DNA of 64,000 bases from a phage, in the sequence record PQ478073.1; one strand, given 5' to 3'. Positions 28,405-37,502 of the stretch are shown here, one piece after another. A program made the position numbers and the translations under genes. The notes under the pieces are model-generated. The model saw nothing but the letters and a program-made list of their open reading frames with translations. It was not told the origin of the DNA and did no database searches. The first letter of the stretch is position 1. Every line of letters begins with the position of its first letter.

Positions 28405-29196
28405 ATGAAATTTGTTGTAACGTCTGACGTACACGGTGGTACTGATTACCTCCATAGTGGTGATTACAGTGATACAGTACTGATTATTGCTGGGGACTTC
28501 GATGAAGTTAAACGCAGTCGTTACCGTACTGGTATAGAATCACTATGTAAGCAGTTTAAGAATGTAGTACTGGTTCCTGGCAATCATGAATATTATGGTT
28601 CCAATATCCACAAAACGCATAAAGTACTGTCCGATATGCAAGATGAGATTCCTAATTTCATCTTTTTGCAAAACAAATTTGTATGGCTGGATGGAGTACT
28701 GCTTGTTGGTAGTACTCTGTGGACAGACTTCGATAAAGGTAATTCTTTGACGAAGTTTGATGCTCGTCAGAAGATGAACGATTACAAACATATCCGTCAT
28801 GGAACAACATCAGAGCCTTGGCGTAAGAAACTGACACCAGATGATACTGAGTTTATGCATCACAAAGATAAACAATTTATCAAAAATTCTATTGACACAG
28901 TTCGCTTTATGCATGATAATGATTTCAAGGTCATCGTGGTTACCCATCACGCACCAAGTTATCAAAGTGTTTCACCAAAATATAAAAATGATTCACTGAA
29001 TGGTTGTTACTGTTCCGATATGGATCAGTACATTGAAGATTTGGGTGCTGATGTTTGGATTCATGGTCATGTTCATAGTAGCTTTGACTACCACATTGGT
29101 AAGACACGTATCATTTGTAATCCACGAGGCTATGAATCATACAGTGGAGCTTGTGAGAATTTTGATTACAATCCTAAATTTGTATTTGAAATTTAA
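28405..29196 (+). CDS. calcineurin-like metallophosphoesterase
   Basis: DVHGG, AGDFD, GNHEYYG motifs; AGGAGG RBS. Confidence 0.75.
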   Translation: MKFVVTSDVHGGTDYLHSGDYSDTVLIIAGDFDEVKRSRYRTGIESLCKQFKNVVLVPGNHEYYGSNIHKTHKVLSDMQDEIPNFIFLQNKFVWLDGVLLVGSTLWTDFDKGNSLTKFDARQKMNDYKHIRHGTTSEPWRKKLTPDDTEFMHHKDKQFIKNSIDTVRFMHDNDFKVIVVTHHAPSYQSVSPKYKNDSLNGCYCSDMDQYIEDLGADVWIHGHVHSSFDYHIGKTRIICNPRGYESYSGACENFDYNPKFVFEI

Positions 29197-29208
29197 TGAG
29201 AGGATATT

Positions 29209-29592
29209 GTGTCATTAATTTATTTTGAACTACCAGAATATACCAATTATCCAAGCCGAGTTATTTGCTCAGTTTATAGTAATGCATATCATCACTTGTT
29301 AGTGAATAGTAATAAAGCTGTGCATTATTATCGAAATAAAGAACCACGTACATTAAAGAATCGTTATGGGTTTGACCCAACTAACACTGAAGTTGAACTC
29401 TGTGATCTGTTCGGGGAAGTAATGGTGGTGTTGAAACGAGATATTCATCTTTTCCATACATACAAACTTAATCAGTACTTTATGGAAACACTGTCTATAC
29501 GTTCCCATGCTCCGATGATTAAAGTTGATTTGAATTATGTTGATGATAAATTGAAATATGATTTCATTAATTCACTTGTTTATTTGGAGTAA
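29209..29592 (+). CDS. hypothetical protein, apparent GTG start
   Basis: ORF track; GAGAGGA RBS. Confidence 0.5.
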   Translation: MSLIYFELPEYTNYPSRVICSVYSNAYHHLLVNSNKAVHYYRNKEPRTLKNRYGFDPTNTEVELCDLFGEVMVVLKRDIHLFHTYKLNQYFMETLSIRSHAPMIKVDLNYVDDKLKYDFINSLVYLE

Positions 29593-29593
29593 T

Positions 29594-29998
29594 ATGAATA
29601 TACGTTCAGTACGAATATTTTCATTTGTTGATATGAATAAAAAACACTCTTATGTGTTTGAAAATGTCAATAAGTTAAATCCTCATACGGCAAAAATGAT
29701 TGAAACCATGAAGAACTTGAGTTTACATATAGAAGTTTACTATCTTCATGACGATTCTGTTTATGTATATGATGATGGATGGTATGACGGTGTGTTTTAT
29801 GATGACATTAGCACTACTGCTGATTACTACTTTCTAGTGAGTAATCCACTATTCAGTACTAAAACTTTGTTTGACATTACCGATACAAGCGTGTATGATA
29901 CAAGTCATGTTGAGTTACTTAAGTTTGATCCAGTATTATTCAACAAAGAAACGGCGTATTGGATGACTGATTTCTTTTCAAATATTCCAGTAAAATAG
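29594..29998 (+). CDS. hypothetical protein (start moved from 29558)
   Basis: GGAG RBS before ATG at 29594. Confidence 0.5.
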   Translation: MNIRSVRIFSFVDMNKKHSYVFENVNKLNPHTAKMIETMKNLSLHIEVYYLHDDSVYVYDDGWYDGVFYDDISTTADYYFLVSNPLFSTKTLFDITDTSVYDTSHVELLKFDPVLFNKETAYWMTDFFSNIPVK

Positions 29999-30000
29999 TT

Positions 30001-30028
30001 TGGACATTTTAAATCTTAGTGATATAAT
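30001..30028 (+). promoter_or_regulatory. sigma70-like promoter TGGACA-16-TATAAT with TGn extension
   Basis: about 35 nt upstream of ClpP-like gene; -10 lies in AGTGA/TCACT dyad. Confidence 0.5.
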
Positions 30029-30062
30029 ACTCACTACAACGAAATAATAGAGGAAATTAACA

Positions 30063-30758
30063 ATGGTTGAACAATTCATGTTTGGTGGTTATGCTAATGG
30101 CGAAGTACGTAACATTTCTATTCCTTACGTAGTTGAGAAAGTTAATGGTTCAGAACGTACATATGATCTAGCATCTCGTATGATGCAAGACCGTATCATT
30201 TTCCTTGATACTGATTTCAATGATCAAATGGCACATATCATCAAACAACAATTGGTGTGGTTAGACTCACAAGGTGATTCCCCTATTACATTCTACATTA
30301 GTTCACCTGGTGGTTCAGTACACGCAGGTTTGGGTATTGCAGACGTTGCTAAGTCTTGTATTTCCCCAATCCGCACTGTAGTTATGGGTTATGCGGCATC
30401 AATGGGTTGCTATACACAATCTGTTATTGGAACTAAAGGTTTCCGTTTAGGTGGTAAACGCTCATACTTCATGTGTCACCAAGTAAGTTCTGGTACACAA
30501 GGTCTAATTACAGACCAGAAGATTTCCCTACAACATTCTGATGCACTGAATACATTGTTGACCAAAGAAATTGCAGAAGCAGTAGGCGTATCACATGAAC
30601 AATTACTAAAAGATGCTGACCGCGATTTGTGGTTAAATGCAGAAGAAGCACTTGAATATGGTGAACATGGTTTCATTGATGGTATTATTCTTGGACCGCG
30701 TAACGAAGAAGGCAAGTACTTAGTTAAGCGTCGCGGCGGTGTGGAAGAGTGGGTGTAA
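30063..30758 (+). CDS. ClpP-family serine protease
   Basis: SSPGGSV, GYAASMG (Ser), CHQ (His) pattern typical of ClpP. Confidence 0.8.
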   Translation: MVEQFMFGGYANGEVRNISIPYVVEKVNGSERTYDLASRMMQDRIIFLDTDFNDQMAHIIKQQLVWLDSQGDSPITFYISSPGGSVHAGLGIADVAKSCISPIRTVVMGYAASMGCYTQSVIGTKGFRLGGKRSYFMCHQVSSGTQGLITDQKISLQHSDALNTLLTKEIAEAVGVSHEQLLKDADRDLWLNAEEALEYGEHGFIDGIILGPRNEEGKYLVKRRGGVEEWV

Positions 30759-30806
30759 GATAGATTTTGATGCCTCAATATGGGGCATCATCTTTGTGGA
30801 GATTAT

Positions 30807-31097
30807 ATGAAAGTACTAGTACGTAATAATACGGAAGTAGCAAATGTATTAGAAGATTCCGATTTTATTAATGTTGCGTTCGATCAAATTAGTGCAGTAG
30901 CACTTGAGTTAAAAAATGTGGATGAATCTGAGCGTGTACTAAATGGTTTTGCAATTGTACTTGAATTAATGAAAGAAGTACTAATTAAAAAGAACATTAA
31001 TCCAGTTGATGCGGTTCAACATGCAGAAGCTGTGCGTAAAGAACACGGTACATTCTCTGACAAAAAATACATTCAAACTGATGAGGTAAAAGAATAA
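30807..31097 (+). CDS. hypothetical protein (start moved from 30780)
   Basis: GGAG RBS before ATG at 30807. Confidence 0.5.
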   Translation: MKVLVRNNTEVANVLEDSDFINVAFDQISAVALELKNVDESERVLNGFAIVLELMKEVLIKKNINPVDAVQHAEAVRKEHGTFSDKKYIQTDEVKE

Positions 31098-31098
31098 T

Positions 31099-31545
31099 AT
31101 GTCCAATGCACAATATAAAGATGGTTATGACGCATACAAAGCAAAAGTAGTTCTAAGTGCTGAACAGCTAAAAATGCAGCATCCATTATATCGTCAGGGC
31201 TATCGTGCAGCACAAGCAGAAGCAATGAAGAAAAATAATGTAACTTTCCCTACTACGCTATATGATATTCCAAAACGTCCACACATTTTTAAAGCTGAAT
31301 GGACTGATATTATGGCAGCGACAAAGCGTCCACGTTTTGCTAAATTACACACCGATGAAGGTCGCTGGTTGCTAATGGGGATTATGAAAGCAGTTGAGAA
31401 TCAATCTCATAAGATTGTTCGATATAAAGATGTTGTTGCTATGGTTGATAAAGCATTTGACCTTGTACTTCAATATGGTTATGATGAAGGTGTCCTAACT
31501 GTTTCTGATTGTGAAAAATATCAGTACACCCCATATCAAAAATAA
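31099..31545 (+). CDS. hypothetical protein
   Basis: ORF track. Confidence 0.6.
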   Translation: MSNAQYKDGYDAYKAKVVLSAEQLKMQHPLYRQGYRAAQAEAMKKNNVTFPTTLYDIPKRPHIFKAEWTDIMAATKRPRFAKLHTDEGRWLLMGIMKAVENQSHKIVRYKDVVAMVDKAFDLVLQYGYDEGVLTVSDCEKYQYTPYQK

Positions 31546-31555
31546 TATTACAAAT

Positions 31556-31584
31556 AGGAATCCAGTACTGGATTCCTCTTTTTA
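31556..31584 (+). terminator. rho-independent terminator built on a perfect palindrome containing AGTACT
   Basis: AGGAATCCAGTACTGGATTCCT then T-run. Confidence 0.7.
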
Positions 31585-31669
31585 TTGCTGTATATCAATT
31601 TTCATCGATCAAAAAATGATCTATATAAGCTAAATACCCAAGGAATCATTGTTACTAGGGTAGGTGAAT

Positions 31670-32218
31670 ATGCAGCAATATAATTTAACTGAAGAACAAA
31701 GTGATATTTTTTATCATCATATGTTTTTAATTGATGAGTTTGCTTTGAAAATTAATTCTGAAGCAATTGATATATTGAAGAAATGGTATTCATGTTATAA
31801 TAAAAACAAAAAGTGGTATTGGTTTAATAGAAATTTAAAGTCATTTTTAAAAACAATAACACAAGTTGATAGTGTAGAAATGATACATAGTTCAATTGGA
31901 TATAGTTATTTGACTAAACACAATAATACTATGATATTATCCGGTTTTAAAGTTGAAAGAATTTCAAAGCTTACAGGTTTATCATTAAAAACAATTTTAT
32001 ATGATATAGAAAAGATTTGGAAAACTATAGAATTCATGCACAAAAATATGTCATTCATATATAGAAATTATGATATATTCACTGATGTACGTCAATATCA
32101 TAATAAACCTTATGTATTGAATGAAAAGTACTATAATCATATGGAAGTTTGTTCTAAACTCGTTGATGATTGGAATCTAGAGGGACATAATGAAATACAC
32201 ACACCTAAGTATAGATGA
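31670..32218 (+). CDS. hypothetical protein
   Basis: ORF track (GTG at 31664); ATG at 31670 after AGGTG. Confidence 0.55.
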   Translation: MQQYNLTEEQSDIFYHHMFLIDEFALKINSEAIDILKKWYSCYNKNKKWYWFNRNLKSFLKTITQVDSVEMIHSSIGYSYLTKHNNTMILSGFKVERISKLTGLSLKTILYDIEKIWKTIEFMHKNMSFIYRNYDIFTDVRQYHNKPYVLNEKYYNHMEVCSKLVDDWNLEGHNEIHTPKYR

Positions 32219-32714
32219 TACTAATATCTGGTTAGATAACATAATCAAGACATTAGAATTAATTAAACTTACATTACAAAAAACTACTGATATTGAAATT
32301 AATATTAAACAAGAAATATTAAACTATTATCATAGAAACAAATATAGCACTTTTATCTCTAAATTAATTTATGGATTATATGATATTGAAGATATTTGCA
32401 TCGGTTACAGTACTGGTATTTGCTTCACTGTTAATGGTTTAAAAAATGATTTAAATTTCAGACTTTCCGATGAAGAGCAAGATTTTCGTAGATTTTGTGA
32501 TAATATTATGGATACAGACAAAATTACATTTGTGATTGAATTAAATCAAACATGGTCTACATATGCAGATAAACCATTTGAAATTAATGAAACAGATGTG
32601 TTAAACTATATTCGAGTTATGAAAATTCATGATTTGTGTAAAAACGCATTGTTAAGTATTGGAGCTTATAATGAAACATACGACTTGGTTGAAGATAGCA
32701 GAAGTAGTTGCTGA
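32190..32714 (+). CDS. hypothetical protein
   Basis: ORF track; GAGGGA RBS. Confidence 0.55.
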   Translation: MKYTHLSIDDTNIWLDNIIKTLELIKLTLQKTTDIEINIKQEILNYYHRNKYSTFISKLIYGLYDIEDICIGYSTGICFTVNGLKNDLNFRLSDEEQDFRRFCDNIMDTDKITFVIELNQTWSTYADKPFEINETDVLNYIRVMKIHDLCKNALLSIGAYNETYDLVEDSRSSC

Positions 32715-33150
32715 GGAAAGTAAATGTATTTCACAAAAAGTTGGTTGTGTTATTGTTAAAAATAATAGAGTATTGAGTACTGGATACAATGGAACGCCAT
32801 CTAAGCAGCCAAACTGTTGTGATGTAAATCAACATTTAGTGAACGATGGTCGTTTTCAAGACTGGGTTGATGATGCAGCAAAACATGAACATCATGAGTG
32901 GAGTAATATTCATGAGATCCATGCAGAGATGAACGCTTTACTGTATAGTTCTCCTACTGAACGCCAAGGAGCAACTCTTTACACAACTCTACAACCATGC
33001 TATACTTGTTCTAAGTTAATCGCAGGTAGTGGGATTACCCGTGTAATTTATCACAAAAGTTATCCACGAACACCACCTGAAGCGATTAAAGTACTGGAAG
33101 ATGCTGGGATTATTGTTAACTGCATTTATGACAAGGGTATGAATCAATGA
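32671..33150 (+). CDS. cd: dCMP deaminase
   Basis: zinc-binding HAEMNAL ... PCYTCSKLI; GGAG RBS before ATG at 32671. Confidence 0.8.
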   Translation: MKHTTWLKIAEVVAEESKCISQKVGCVIVKNNRVLSTGYNGTPSKQPNCCDVNQHLVNDGRFQDWVDDAAKHEHHEWSNIHEIHAEMNALLYSSPTERQGATLYTTLQPCYTCSKLIAGSGITRVIYHKSYPRTPPEAIKVLEDAGIIVNCIYDKGMNQ

Positions 33151-33401
33151 CATTTATGATTGTTGGATTACTATCAATATTAGTATTATTTTTTATAACA
33201 GTAATGTTTGTTATTGATGATAATGACATTTCTCAACGAAACTATGAAGTGCGTTTTTCTGCACAAAATAATAAGTACTATATTGTAAACTGTATACACC
33301 GTAGTGAGAAAAGGGTAACAAGTAGATTTGGATTTACCATTTATTATAAAGACCGAGTAGAAGCTGACATGATTTGTCAGAAGCTTAATACTGTAGAATA
33401 A
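33147..33401 (+). CDS. small membrane protein
   Basis: ORF track; hydrophobic N-terminus; ATGA coupling. Confidence 0.5.
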   Translation: MTFMIVGLLSILVLFFITVMFVIDDNDISQRNYEVRFSAQNNKYYIVNCIHRSEKRVTSRFGFTIYYKDRVEADMICQKLNTVE

Positions 33402-33429
33402 AAAAAGGAGCCAGAAGGCTCCTTTTTTG
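33399..33429. terminator. bidirectional rho-independent terminator between convergent genes
   Basis: A-run, stem GGAGCC/GGCTCC, T-run. Confidence 0.75.
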
Positions 33430-33807
33430 TTAACCAGGGATGTTACAATAATACAAATCCCAAGGGTGATATTTCATTTCTCCAGTACTCAATTTAATTT
33501 TATGAAACTGGAATGATTCGGCAAATGCACTATCATCAATCTTAATACAAAAAGTATTTTTTGCTAAAGTTGGTGCAATCTCTAGTGCAGTTTTAGTTGC
33601 ATCTAATCTGATTTTATCTTTATCAAAACTTGTTATAGTTACAAAACGATAAACATTAAAATCAGTGTCGATAAGATCGTAAACACAACTAGAACGTTGA
33701 TTAAAGATGTTCAAGTTATATTTCAATTCACCGTTTATATTAGCGGCGGTTACACAAAAGCCGCCGATATTGAATGGTAATTTACCTTGTGCTGCTATAG
33801 CTTTCAT
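33430..33807 (-). CDS. hypothetical protein (125 aa), the only clear reverse-strand gene
   Basis: ORF track; AGAGGA RBS on - strand; N-terminus GKLPFNIGGF. Confidence 0.65.
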   Translation of the reverse strand: MKAIAAQGKLPFNIGGFCVTAANINGELKYNLNIFNQRSSCVYDLIDTDFNVYRFVTITSFDKDKIRLDATKTALEIAPTLAKNTFCIKIDDSAFAESFQFHKIKLSTGEMKYHPWDLYYCNIPG

Positions 33808-33935
33808 ATTTTATTTCCTCTTATTAATAAACAACTACTTTTACAGATTGTTGTACCTTTTATATTTACACCGTCAACTAAATATCCACCTAAAGTGAAT
33901 GGAAATTGGTCTTGTCCTGCGATTGGTTCCCCCAT
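33804..33935 (-). CDS. short ORF (43 aa) sharing the N-terminal motif of the downstream - strand gene
   Basis: hand-read MGEPIAGQDQFPFTLGGYLVDGVNIKG...; AGGAG RBS; stop overlaps next start (ATGA). Confidence 0.4.
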   Translation of the reverse strand: MGEPIAGQDQFPFTLGGYLVDGVNIKGTTICKSSCLLIRGNKI

Positions 33936-33960
33936 TAAGGGCACTCCTTATAAAAAAGCT

Positions 33961-33989
33961 TTACATTTGGTATGGGTTTGTGATAGAAT
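33961..33989 (+). promoter_or_regulatory. sigma70-like promoter TTACAT-17-TAGAAT
   Basis: about 130 nt upstream of gene at 34117. Confidence 0.4.
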
Positions 33990-34116
33990 CTTCACAGTGA
34001 TTGTACTAAGGGGATTATCAGATGAGGGAAATTTGAGTTAAGTACAGAAAAAGTTTGACTTAAGTGTTTAAGTACTATATTATTTATATCTTCCTAACCA
34101 AAATTAAGGATTTGTT

Positions 34117-34725
34117 ATGAAAAGACTATGGCTTGAGGTAGTACAAGCAGTAATGCTTCTGATGTTGATAAATTTTCCAGCCAGTGCTGGTGTTGAAAGT
34201 AAAAATGTGATAAAGTACAATCCTGAAACACGTAATGTATATTTCATCTCAGATATTACGGATGGGTCACTAAAGCGTATGATGGAGTTGTATGATAAAG
34301 AACACTATGATACCATTACCATCACATCGCCAGGTGGTGATTTTGATGCTGGGATTAAAATGGCAAACTTCGTTAGAGACAATGGTATAAATTTAATTGT
34401 TTCTAGGTATTGCAACTCAGCATGTACTGTGGTATTCTTCAGTGTAGCTTTTGAAAAGCGATACATGATAAATCGCTCAGTACTGGGACTTCATAACATT
34501 TCTATTAAAAGTAATGTTAAAGACGGTGATAATTCTTTTGTATCAGTTAGGCAGCTATCAACTTTTACTGAAGAAATGGCAACTAAAGTAGGTTTTCTAT
34601 TTACACTATATTCTGCAAATGGAATTCCACCAGACGTTCTATATAAAGTTAGCCGTTCGCGTGGTGAAGATGTTGTAATATTAACAAAACCAGAACTGGT
34701 TTTTTACGGTTCAGTCAAACAATAA
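34117..34725 (+). CDS. signal-peptide ClpP-fold serine protease-like protein
   Basis: N-terminal signal-like segment; ITITSPGGDFDAG and NSAC/GLHN resemble ClpP core. Confidence 0.55.
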   Translation: MKRLWLEVVQAVMLLMLINFPASAGVESKNVIKYNPETRNVYFISDITDGSLKRMMELYDKEHYDTITITSPGGDFDAGIKMANFVRDNGINLIVSRYCNSACTVVFFSVAFEKRYMINRSVLGLHNISIKSNVKDGDNSFVSVRQLSTFTEEMATKVGFLFTLYSANGIPPDVLYKVSRSRGEDVVILTKPELVFYGSVKQ

Positions 34726-34795
34726 AAATAATTAAAATAACAGGATGATTATGATGTACTTCCTTTGTTATTAATTATATTGAGATTATATAACT

Positions 34796-35056
34796 ATGAC
34801 AAACATCCAAAATTTGACATCTATTATTTTTTATGCTACAGTAGTGATGTATATTACTGTACTTTTCCTAACAGTTTTCATTTACAAAGATTACAAAAAT
34901 GGCTTTATTGATAACACAACAATGAAGTTCAATTCAAAGTTTGAAGCAATAATTTATTATGTTCTGGCAACATCATATTTGGTGTGTCTAATGTTATTAG
35001 GTACATTGATTTATATTTTATATACAACTTTATTTGCAATTGGAGCTATTTTATGA
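34796..35056 (+). CDS. small membrane protein
   Basis: ORF track; two hydrophobic segments. Confidence 0.5.
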   Translation: MTNIQNLTSIIFYATVVMYITVLFLTVFIYKDYKNGFIDNTTMKFNSKFEAIIYYVLATSYLVCLMLLGTLIYILYTTLFAIGAIL

Positions 35057-35649
35057 CATGTATCATTGCACACACTGATGGTGTAACTTCTTTTATTGCA
35101 GGGGACAAACTGGGAAGTAACGGGTTCACAAAGTCCGTTCAAACTGAGCCTAAAGTATTTGAGAAAGAATTCATTAAAATCAATGATGATGCTGGTTTGA
35201 CCCGTACAAAAGAAATTATGGCGATTGGTTACACCACATCATTCCGTATGGGTCAACTTCTTACTTACAGTTTGAATCTACCACAGCAAGATGCAAATGA
35301 GACGTTTCCACAGTACTTAGTACTGAAAGTTATTCCTATTATTCGTCAAATGTTCAAAGAGGAATGGGGTTCTCGTGATCCTTCACAAGAAGTAGGTGGT
35401 GGACAGTTCATCATTCTTCACAATCATACAATTTATGAAGTTCAAGAAGATTTTTCAGTTCTTCAACCGAAAACACGAATCACCGCCGTAGGTAGCGGAA
35501 CATATCATGCTATTGCAGCAATGCAAGCATATATTGAAGTTGAAAATGAATCAAAAGTGCCACTACATGAACGCATCAAATCAATTTTTAAAATTGTCAG
35601 TGATAATGTAACTAGTGTAAGTGCCGAGTTTGATGTTTTAAAGTATTAA
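35053..35649 (+). CDS. HslV / proteasome beta-subunit-like hydrolase
   Basis: Thr after initiator Met; IAGDKLGSNG and TAVGSGTYHAIAA parallel HslV; GGAG RBS before ATG at 35053. Confidence 0.6.
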   Translation: MTCIIAHTDGVTSFIAGDKLGSNGFTKSVQTEPKVFEKEFIKINDDAGLTRTKEIMAIGYTTSFRMGQLLTYSLNLPQQDANETFPQYLVLKVIPIIRQMFKEEWGSRDPSQEVGGGQFIILHNHTIYEVQEDFSVLQPKTRITAVGSGTYHAIAAMQAYIEVENESKVPLHERIKSIFKIVSDNVTSVSAEFDVLKY

Positions 35650-35667
35650 AATTATAAGAGAGAATAG

Positions 35668-35862
35668 ATGATGGCATACACAATTTATGAATGGGTTTTG
35701 AGTTTTTTTATAGTTTTTTCTATTGTTGTAATTTATAACAATGCTAAATGCTTATACAGGGACTTGAAATCCAATGGTTATCACAAAGATAATAATTTTA
35801 TGTATGCCTATCATATTGGAATAATTCTGTTATTATCAATATATTTAATTGGTTTTTCATAA
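35668..35862 (+). CDS. small membrane protein
   Basis: ORF track; hydrophobic. Confidence 0.45.
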   Translation: MMAYTIYEWVLSFFIVFSIVVIYNNAKCLYRDLKSNGYHKDNNFMYAYHIGIILLLSIYLIGFS

Positions 35863-35871
35863 GGATTGAAT

Positions 35872-36624
35872 ATGATATCAGAAAAATTTATAAGTAATGA
35901 AGGTAAAAAAAGATTACTGATTATATCTGGTGCAGGACTTTCTGTTGAAAGTGGTATGGAACCTTTTCGATTTGATGATGGTTTGTGGGATACATTTAAA
36001 ATCAATGATGTATGTAACATTGCTAGTTTAACTACGAAATATCACGTTGTTCATTCCTTCTATAATACATTACGTGTAAAATTGGGACAATGCGAACCCA
36101 ATGCAATGCATTATTTTATAAAATCGTTAGAAGATCAATATGGTGATTGCTTCCTTCATATGACTTCTAACATGGATGATCTTTATACTCGTATCGGTGG
36201 TCATGAGCTTAAACTTCATGGAAACTTGTGCGAAGTTATTGAAAATTATAGTATCAATTCCGATGATTATAATGTTATTAACTGCGGATACGAACCATAC
36301 ATACCAAAACATGATGTTTTTGCTAAACCAAATGTAGTAATGATTGGAGAATATCATCGTTATGTTGATGGTATTCGCTTACCAATTTACGAAGAACGAA
36401 ATAATGTGTTGAAATCTCTTAATGAAAATGATACAGTTATTGTAATTGGTAGTAGCGATACAGTACTAGTATGGTCGAGATTAGCAGCAGCATTACCATG
36501 TTATAGTGTTAATGTTAACATTCGTAAAAATGATAATGATTTTTTGTTTAATGAAAAAGTTATCAAGCCAGCAACCAAAGCAATACCACATCTAGAGACT
36601 ATAATTAAGGAACGTATGAAATGA
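35872..36624 (+). CDS. Sir2-family (sirtuin-like) NAD-dependent enzyme
   Basis: GAGLSVESGMEPFR NAD-binding motif; HG catalytic pair; GSS near C-terminus; AAGGA RBS. Confidence 0.75.
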   Translation: MISEKFISNEGKKRLLIISGAGLSVESGMEPFRFDDGLWDTFKINDVCNIASLTTKYHVVHSFYNTLRVKLGQCEPNAMHYFIKSLEDQYGDCFLHMTSNMDDLYTRIGGHELKLHGNLCEVIENYSINSDDYNVINCGYEPYIPKHDVFAKPNVVMIGEYHRYVDGIRLPIYEERNNVLKSLNENDTVIVIGSSDTVLVWSRLAAALPCYSVNVNIRKNDNDFLFNEKVIKPATKAIPHLETIIKERMK

Positions 36625-37172
36625 GTGTTAAAGAAGTTCCCTTTGGTGAATATGGCTCACGTGCAAATTTTGTATTTTGTTATTTCTTTGCAAGAAAATG
36701 TAACCCTTACAAAAACTATGAGTTGAATGATATACCAGAAGTAAATTTAGTTTTACTACAATTACGATGGGATGGTCTTCTTGGTGGATGTGGTGGAACC
36801 GTAGAAAGTACTGATATCTCACTAGAAGATGCGTTGCGTCGTGAAGTTCAAGAAGAAATGGATTACAATATTTTTGTTTCCCATCTTCGACCACTCAAAA
36901 CTTTTGAAATTTACCCAGGTGCAAACAGTCATAGTTTTAGCTATGAAGTAAGCTATGACGAGTTGAAACACATTAGAGATGGATACACTAATGCTAAACA
37001 TGCGAGTGCTGAAGTTGCTGGTGTAAATTTATGTCATATTTCTCGTTATTCTAAGGGACAAAATCGAGAAGCGGGATATAATAATCTTATGACACAGAAC
37101 TTCATTGGTACAGCAAAACAAGAATTGGAGTATCTGGTTCAAAAAGAAAACTTACTAATTAGTTATCTATAG
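36621..37172 (+). CDS. Nudix hydrolase
   Basis: Nudix box GGCGGTVESTDISLEDALRREVQEE; ATGA coupling to Sir2 gene. Confidence 0.7.
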   Translation: MSVKEVPFGEYGSRANFVFCYFFARKCNPYKNYELNDIPEVNLVLLQLRWDGLLGGCGGTVESTDISLEDALRREVQEEMDYNIFVSHLRPLKTFEIYPGANSHSFSYEVSYDELKHIRDGYTNAKHASAEVAGVNLCHISRYSKGQNREAGYNNLMTQNFIGTAKQELEYLVQKENLLISYL

Positions 37173-37181
37173 GAGTTTAAC

Positions 37182-37502
37182 ATGTCTTACGCAATGTTTT
37201 TGGATGATATTCGTGATGCAAATCTATATTATCCAAACCAAGATATGGTGGTATGTCGTGACTTTAAAAGTGCATGTGAATATGTTATTGAAAATGGAAT
37301 TCCAGCATTTGTATCATTCGACCATGACTTGGGTGATGTGAGCGAAGACGAAAAGACTGGATATTCTTTTGCTAAGTTTCTTATTGATTATATGTTTGAT
37401 AATAATATTAAAGAACCGTTTGAGTACTTTGTTCACAGTAGTAATCCTGTTGGTAAAATTAATATTGAAACATACTTAAACAATGGATTTAACGCATTAT
37501 GA
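37182..37502 (+). CDS. hypothetical protein
   Basis: ORF track; GGAG RBS. Confidence 0.55.
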   Translation: MSYAMFLDDIRDANLYYPNQDMVVCRDFKSACEYVIENGIPAFVSFDHDLGDVSEDEKTGYSFAKFLIDYMFDNNIKEPFEYFVHSSNPVGKINIETYLNNGFNAL

